DNA of 64,000 bases from Octopus vulgaris (lineage: Eukaryota), in NCBI GenBank assembly GCA_951406725.2, contig OX597827.1, positions 48,856,001 through 48,920,000 of the forward strand, given 5' to 3'. The notes under the pieces were generated by a model, which did no database searches, was not told the DNA's origin, and saw only the letters and a list, made by a program, of their open reading frames with translations. Positions 54,354-64,000 of the stretch are shown piece by piece. The position numbers and the translations under genes were made by a program. Positions within the stretch are counted from its first letter, which is position 1. Every line of letters starts with the position of its first letter.

Positions 54354-55710
54354 ACAATGACATACATACATACATACATACATACATACAAAAATACCCT
54401 GTTGTTGATGTTGAAATTCCAACGGAGGAGACTTGGATCTAGGTTAGAAACCGATTCTTTCTCTGATGGCAAGAAATCTTGAAATAAACTGAATACCGAT
54501 ATATATACATACGTACGTAGGTACATACATACATACATACATACATACATACATACATACATACATACATACATACATACATACATACACACATACACAC
54601 ATACTTATAGCACACTATTTTTATTTCATAAATGTTATTCAGAAGAGTAGAGATTGTGGCTTTGACAATTTTATTGTCCCTCCTCCCAGCCCACTATTAG
54701 ATAGGCAAGATTATTGCAACGGTTGCAAATCTTCGGGTCAGTGTCCGTAAAATTAATAAATACACAGGTGGGAAAGTTATTTGTGTGTTTATTACAGATA
54801 AACTGCCTCAAAATGTAGCTTAAGATCATGTTTTATTTACCCGATCAGTGAGTTACACTAACCGCTCCAAATCTGTATACAATGACATGAAATGGTATAA
54901 TTATTAATAAATACAATAAGTAAATACATTGGTAAGGCTGGAGTTCCAACAGTGTTCCAATGGAATATAGTTTGTCTGCTTCAAATTTTATTTGATTGAA
55001 ACTCCATTCTAAAACATACCAGTAAAGATAACCATCACAAGTTAGATTCAGTCTTCTTTTAGAAATGATTGTTTATACTTCAAAGCCATGCCATGACATC
55101 ATGAATTTATCGTGAATAATACAAATAGTAATAAATACAATAATAATATCTTCGAGATAGAAACGTTAGCAATATCTACCGATGTCTGCAAAACACAACT
55201 ATTTCAATGAACAGAAATGAAAGAAATACAATTGTTATATCATCGACATTCAATGTCAAATAGATATAATAAAGTTGTCAATATATTCCCAAGAGGCAAT
55301 CGTATCGAACCAAAATCAAACATATCGCTCTCATAAATAACAAATTAAATACAGAAAACCGATACATGCAACGCGTAGACCTTAACCACAGTAGGAGCAA
55401 CAACACACGTTATCATTATTTCTCAAGACATATAAGCATTGACAACAAGTGTTATCGACAACATGTCAGTAATTTAACAAATAATTATAACAGTTATCTA
55501 ATACGTTTATCGATCTAAACTCTCATCACTAGTTGCTTTTTTGTTGATGTTTGTGTTGAAATTGATGTTGTTGGTAGGGTTCATCTTTTTTTTAACACGA
55601 ATTGAACAACGAATTTCTTCTTTCTTCTTATTTTTATTTAAATCTTTTCCTAATATTATTGACGTACCTTATATTACTCACTTCTACATGACACAGCACC
55701 TCAAGCAAAC

Positions 55711-55770
<60 letters not shown>

Positions 55771-55895
55771 CTGTATATATATGTATGTATGGATGGATGG
55801 ATAAATATGTATGTGTGTGTATATATGCTTATGTATATGTATACATATATTTATATATACTTTTATATATATGAATGTATGTATATATATATATA

Positions 55896-56066
55896 TACGT
55901 GGTCTGATCAATAAGTATCCGGACTGTTGTCATAGTAACGATGCTAAAGCGCGCAAAGTAAAGTCGCTTGGTACAGATTGATTTTGAACTCTGCTGTGCA
56001 TGCGCACTAAATTTTAACGTTCCAACTCAATTCCGCTGTTTGCAGCAGTGCTTAGAAGGAAGGTGC
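55896..56066 (+). mobile_element. Probable mariner left-end fragment
   Basis: TA + cgtggtctgatcaataagtatccggact resembles a mariner-type TIR; no partner TIR found. Confidence 0.5.
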
Positions 56067-56196
56067 TTGGATACTGTCTCACAACGAGCAAGCAATAATC
56101 GTCACTATTTTCACCTTCAACAATTTCCATTGTCGGGCAATTTCCTATTTTTTCCACTTTCCACTTGACTATTCATGGGTCATATATATATATATA

Positions 56197-58587
56197 ACTT
56201 AGAATAACTTAGAAAGGTTTTGGCCAGTATTGGCCCAGGCCATGTCTAACTTAATAGCACCACCTGGCGAAGTCTTTCAGTTCAGGATTTGGGCACCAAG
56301 GCCCATTCGAGCAGAGAGTTATTGTTTGCGGAGACATATCCGGGTGTGGGTAGTTTGTCCGGTACTGTTTGAAGGAATTTGTCCAAAGACTTCTTGAATT
56401 TTGTGTGGTCAGTTTCTTTTTTGACGTGTCCTGGTGTAATGTTGAAGAGAGCGGGTCCAATTGAGGTGAAATAGTTGTGCCGTATTGTCGTTATGTGATG
56501 CGATTTAGATTTTTGTTGTGGACGGATGGCACGTGGTCCAAGCCTTGGATGCATTTTGAAGGTGATGCCAACATCATTCGGACAGTGCTGATGGAATATT
56601 TTCCACATCATACAGATAATGTAGCGTTCACGCGTCGTTGGAGTGAATACAATTTCAGCTTCTCTAGTCTACCCCAGTAGTCAAGGTCTGACATGCCATC
56701 TATCTTTTTTGTGATTGACCTTTGGGGAGCTTCAATTCTCATAATATTTTGTTTTGTGTAGGGAGACCACAGTGGACAGCAGTATTCAAGGTGGGGTCGG
56801 GCAAAAGTGGAGAAGAGAAGGATAATAGCGTGGGAATCTCTCGACTGGAAGGTTCTGAGAATCCAGGAACACATTCTGCGGGCCATGTCAACTTTGCTGC
56901 TTATATGTGTAGCCCAGCTTATGTTGTTGTCCACTGTTACTCCCAGGTCTCTGATGTTGTTGGATGCCATGAGAATTTCTCCAGAAGGAAGAGAGTATGG
57001 GAGTTTCAGAGCGTCCTCCCTTCCAAAGTGGATCAGTTCGAATTTGTCTTCATTTAGCAACATGTTATTCTTTTCCGCCCATTGGACAACAGCCAGTAGG
57101 TCTGACTGAAGGTTTATTCGGTCATCCACGCCATTGATGACCTTCTGGAGCTTGGAATCATCAGCGAAGGTTCTGATGTTACTGTGTTTGATGGTGTCAG
57201 TAATATCATTTATGTAGATGATGAAGAGAAGTGGGCCCAACACAGTGCCTTGTGGGACACCACTGCTGACTTTGACTGGGCTGGATTTGACTCCTTCGAC
57301 TACAACATGTTGGGTTCTGTTAGACAGGAAGCACTTGATCCACTGCAGCAGCTTTCCAGTGACACCAATATTGGACAGCTTTCTCAGAAGGATCTTATGA
57401 TCAACCCTGTCAAAGGCCTTGCTGAAATCAAGGTAGATGACATCAGTGTTGGAACCTTCTCCCAAGGCTCTCAAAATGTCATCAAAATGATGCAGTAGCT
57501 GCGTCAGGCAATCTCTCCCATTACGGAATCCATGCTGGTTGGGGTTCAGCATATTATGACTCTCAAGGAAGTGAGTCATACGCGATCTCAGCACCCTCTC
57601 AAATACCTTGATGATATGAGAGGTGAGTGAGATTGGACGGTAATTCACGGCAAGCGACTGGGATAGAAGGTCTTCTGGTATATATCCAGCATCCAGTGAG
57701 TTCCGCCACAGATTGGCTAGAGGGGGTGCAAGTTGGTTTTGACACATCTTCAAGACACAAGCAGGGAACCTATCGGGATCTACTGCTGAATTATGCTTCA
57801 TTTCCTTTATTGCTGCTAAGACATCAGGAGCGCCAAATGTTATGTCCGATAAAGTGTATTGGGGAGTAACATCACTGATACAGCCCAGATCAGTTATATC
57901 AGGATTGCTGAAAACAGAGCAATATTGTTTCTGCAATATCTCTCCCATGGTTTTGGCATTGTCTTGAAGAGTACCATTTTCATCAATCAGAGGGCCAACA
58001 GTAGAACCAGAGACTCTGTGTTTTTTTTGCAAATGAAAAGAACACTTTGGGATTGAGTTTGATCTTCTCAATGGCCCAGGCCTCTTCAGCTCTTCGCTGA
58101 CTATTGATGATAGACATCATGTTGTTTTGGAGTTTATGTTTTTTAATCTCTAGCGACGAGATGGCAGTCAGGTTGGTGTGTTGCTGTTAACAGTATTTCA
58201 GCATGTTGATCTTTTTGTTGATTCTTTTAATTTTCCTTATGAGAGATTTTATATTTCTAGGGATTCGACACTTAGATCTGTTTGCAGATCTTAATGGGGT
58301 GTGTCTTGCACATATGTTCGTGATGGTGTCTACAAGTGACTGCCAGGACTTTTTGATGTTAATGGGTGTGTATGTGTGCGTGAAGGACCAATCGACTTGT
58401 GCAAGATCATTATTGATCGCTTCCCAGTTTGCATTGTGGAAATCCATAGTGTCAAATGGATGAACAGGAGGGATGACATTTGTTTTGCATTTTGGCCAGT
58501 GAAATCTCAGATCACAGAGAACCATGTCATGGTTGGGGAGTAGGGTTTTCTCCACTGCAATATTGTGGATAGTATCAGTGTGATTGC

Positions 58588-58592
<5 letters not shown>
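56197..58592 (-). mobile_element. CR1/L2-group LINE, 5' truncated, RT ORF 58071-56608
   Basis: NYRPISLTS, QHGFR, YLDFSKAFDRVDH, SGVPQGTVLGPLLF, FADD, RPHLEYC, LYSLQRR; short (ttctaagtta)2 tail; a few frameshifts and an internal deletion. Confidence 0.92.
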
Positions 58593-58638
<46 letters not shown>

Positions 58639-58697
58639 TATATATTGGCTAAACTGACAATATGACCATTCCGAAATATAACAATATATATATATGT

Positions 58698-58728
<31 letters not shown>

Positions 58729-58743
58729 AATATATATACATAC

Positions 58744-58793
<50 letters not shown>

Positions 58794-58797
58794 TTAT

Positions 58798-59111
58798 AGA
58801 AGGCGCGTGGCTTAGTGGTTAGGGCATTCAGCTCACGAACGTAAGGTCGTGAGTTCATTTCTCGGCGACGCGTTGTGTCCTTAACCAAGACACTTTATTT
58901 CTTGTTGCTCCACTTCAGCTGGGAAAAATGAGTTGTACATATATTTTAATGGGTCAGCCTTGTCACATTCTGCATCACGCTGGATCTCCCTGACAACTAC
59001 GTTAAGGGTTCTCATGGAGTGTGCTCAGCCACTTCCACGTTTATTTCACGAGCAAGCTGCTCCGTTGATCGCATCAGCTGGGACACTCGTCGTCGTAACC
59101 AACGGAGTGCT

Positions 59112-59112
<1 letters not shown>
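58798..59112 (+). mobile_element. SINE head A (CORE-like) + tail Y
   Basis: Homology with 54041-54353. Confidence 0.85.
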
Positions 59113-59199
<87 letters not shown>

Positions 59200-59274
59200 A
59201 TATATTTCTATATATTTAGTATATATTTCTGGTACTTAATTTTCAATAGGATGGAATATATATATATATATATA

Positions 59275-59342
59275 CTGAAGAGTGGCTATTGATTTACTTA
59301 TTATCATTTCTTAAATATAGCCAGGAAACACGTGTCGTTATT
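59275..59342 (+). ncRNA. Hammerhead motif with long stem II; 5' strand of stem I replaced by (TA)n
   Basis: CTGAAGA g tggctat...atagcca g GAAA cacgtg TC gttatt; palindromic ACACGTGT. Confidence 0.65.
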
Positions 59343-59585
59343 CTACCAGATAAATGCATTTTATATATTAATTTTGCACATTACTTAATCATCGTTATAT
59401 GTTTTATCTTATATTCAATCTTTCTATAATATGTAATCTTTCTAAATGGTATAATCTAATTTTTCATTATTGAATTGATAAAAGAAGGGGTATTTTTCTA
59501 ATTTATATATATTATATTTTGTGAAATTTGATTTAGTATTTCTAAATTGAATTTTTCCCTTGTAGGTTTGGAATAATATTCCCTC

Positions 59586-60949
<1,364 letters not shown>

Positions 60950-60987
60950 CATACATACATACATACATACATACATACATACATACA

Positions 60988-61045
<58 letters not shown>

Positions 61046-61296
61046 TACAAAAAGAATATAGAAGTTTTATATATTCTTGAACAGATAAGACGTTGAGAAA
61101 ACATGTTTTGATTGAAATGCAAAATCTTGTTATAACGACAAAAGATGTTAAGTTTGAATTAATCTACACTATATTATATACAGATGTGTTCGTAAAATAA
61201 AGCATGATTTAATTATAAAGGACATACATGCACATTCACACGTTCATAGATGTAGGTGAAAGGATGAGACAGAGAAAAAGAGATTAGATGCACTGT

Positions 61297-61342
<46 letters not shown>

Positions 61343-61393
61343 TAATATAATATAATATATATATATAAGTATATATATATATAATATAATATA

Positions 61394-61471
<78 letters not shown>

Positions 61472-61714
61472 TTTATATGTGTATGTGTGTTTGTATAGAT
61501 ATATAATTATATATTATACATATATTCTAAATGTCTGAATATATATATATATACATAGATTAACTGATAGATACATACACTCATACATACATACGTACAT
61601 ATATATATATAGATACATTCATACATGCACACATACATGCATACATACATACATATATATATGCATGCATACATATACAGGTGTCTGTATGCGTACGTAT
61701 GTGTACATACACAG

Positions 61715-61756
<42 letters not shown>

Positions 61757-62793
61757 GCACGCACACTCACACATAGTTATCTAACGGTAATGGTATCAGA
61801 GTAATAAAATAAAAATATCACATATATTAGTAATAAGAGAAATTTCATATAGACAAAAATATTTTATTATAGATTTTACATTCGCCAACCCAAACGATAG
61901 TCACCAATAATATAACATAATTGCATTTCCGTGTGGAGAAATTGTCATACATACACCCACGCAGTCTCTCATCTAGTTTCTCCATCGTTTGCCGTGTCTT
62001 TTAATAGGAGAAGAAAAGAGTGTGCAATACTATGATATTTATTAAACAAATTCCAAATTACTATTTTTTTCTTTTATATCATCTTTTATTTATAATCCTA
62101 TGAAAAACAACATCATTTAATTATTAGTCTAAAGTACGCATCACTTCAGATATTCCGTAAGTTTTTCTCTTTTATAATAAAGTAGGAATTTGTAGGGCTG
62201 TAAAATTTAATGACAACTTGTGTATAGTTGAATTATCTACTAGTTATTTGCTTGTATTCAAACTAACACAATATAATTTTATTTACTACGTTGATGTTTA
62301 TTTTGCTTTTTTTTATCTGATATTTTAGTCTGAATAATCTTAGATTTATTCAATCCCGAATCATTAATAGGAAATCGTGATTGAAAGATAATAATTTCCC
62401 TCATCATAATTGCATCATCCTCTGTCTAAACCGAAAATTGAAGATGCCTGTCTTAAAAGTTTTCGTGAACGACACTCAATTACTATCAGCTCTAACAAGA
62501 TCAAGAAAATTGGAAAATTCTAAAGTGCGCTGAAGAAACGTAATTGGGTAACGCTACGGTATGTTGACGTGTGCAGAAATAGAGGAATATATACGCCCAA
62601 AAGCACACATATACATATGTATATATGTGTGTGTACATACATCCATATATATGGATATATATATATTTATATATATATATACACACATACACACAAACAC
62701 ACACACACTCACAAACATATATATTTACTCACGTAAACATACATATATTTCTATATACATACATAGATATTCATATGCGTATATAAATATTTA

Positions 62794-62831
<38 letters not shown>

Positions 62832-62890
62832 TGCGTGTCTAGGTATATACATACACACGCAGACATACACACACAGACAGACATACACAG

Positions 62891-62933
<43 letters not shown>

Positions 62934-63352
62934 CACACTCTCATTCACACGGACAGCTCAAAAACGCTGACAATTACCGATGATAGTGGAAGCCGAGCGA
63001 CAATTGTGAAAATATAAACGTATATAATTTATGCTCCAAATTATAGCTAACAGTACAGTTGAAACAGTTGTCTCTTTATAAATTCTATGTTACAATAACT
63101 ACCTTCGTTAAAGTGAAAATGTTAGTCACAAATGCAGCTTCAATTATATACACAGTTAACTATTCTAAACCGAAACACAAACAGTGTAAGTTTCCAGTCT
63201 TCCATATAAATAGACCAGAGTACAGTTTCAATGTAAAGACGGAGAAATCCGTATACATTTGGATCTTAATATATGAACAGGTTATGTAAATGTTGAAATA
63301 AATGCTGAGCATTTATAACAAAATCATTTACATATATATATATATATATATA

Positions 63353-63741
63353 CTAGCAGTATTGCCCGGCGTTGCTCGGGTTTGTAAGGGAAATAACTAT
63401 ATAAACATTTTTAGAGATGTAAAGTATAATAGCCATCTCAATATGGCTAACCACAAGGGGGGGGGGTGTTACTGTAGCTTTTTACGTTCTGAGATTTAAT
63501 AATAAATTTCTAGTGAGTTACTTCCCTTATATATGCCAAAAATGCATTAAAAATGGGAAAAATTGATGTTATTTTTTTTTAAATTGCAGACTCATCATAG
63601 ACGCGCGCTAATACCCAGAAGGGCTCGATATGAATCACGACTATAAGATACCCGGTTTTGGTTAAACTGCACCGCAAAATGTGGGAGTAAGGAATCTAAA
63701 TCGTAGGAGACAGACAGCACACTCACTTTTATATATAAAGA
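63353..63741 (-). mobile_element. Non-autonomous Helitron
   Basis: Minus strand A|TCtttatatataaaa ... cccgagcaacgccggg hairpin ... CTAG|T; no TSD. Confidence 0.8.
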
Positions 63742-64000
63742 TATATATATATATATATGTAGGGTATTGTTCCATGTCGGTAAAATATAGAAAAGTAGTC
63801 CATCTGGTTAGAAAAAATGCCATTTGATAAACACAATATATGTATATATTTTTTATGAGTAACTAATAGTTTCATGCGATGAAAACACCTGGCATTTTAT
63901 AACACTTCTGTTGACTTCGCTCAATGTGTTACATTCTTATGCCACGCAGAAGGATTGTCTGAAGGCAAAAGACATGTCACAAAATGTTGCCTGGGTTGTT

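Overview
AT-rich, microsatellite-saturated eukaryotic DNA with no recognisable intact host gene; it looks intergenic or intronic. From memory, the SINE families resemble those of octopus (coleoid cephalopod); this was not checked by search. The window is a mosaic of decayed mobile elements: several modular tRNA-derived SINE families, two near-full-length mariner transposons plus fragments, R4/Dong-like and CR1-like LINE fragments, two non-autonomous Helitrons and three Penelope-like element (PLE) coding remnants. The most striking unexplained structure is a set of about a dozen short non-coding elements, mostly embedded in (TA)n tracts. They have asymmetric inverted duplications and often carry type I hammerhead-ribozyme (HHR) motifs with a palindromic minimal stem III. 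The youngest (11052-12376) has three intact HHR cores. Two of them are in direct orientation with cleavage sites 589 nt apart, which predicts a self-cleaving and potentially circular non-coding RNA monomer (retrozyme-like, PLE-derived). Most ORFs in the supplied track are microsatellite artefacts.
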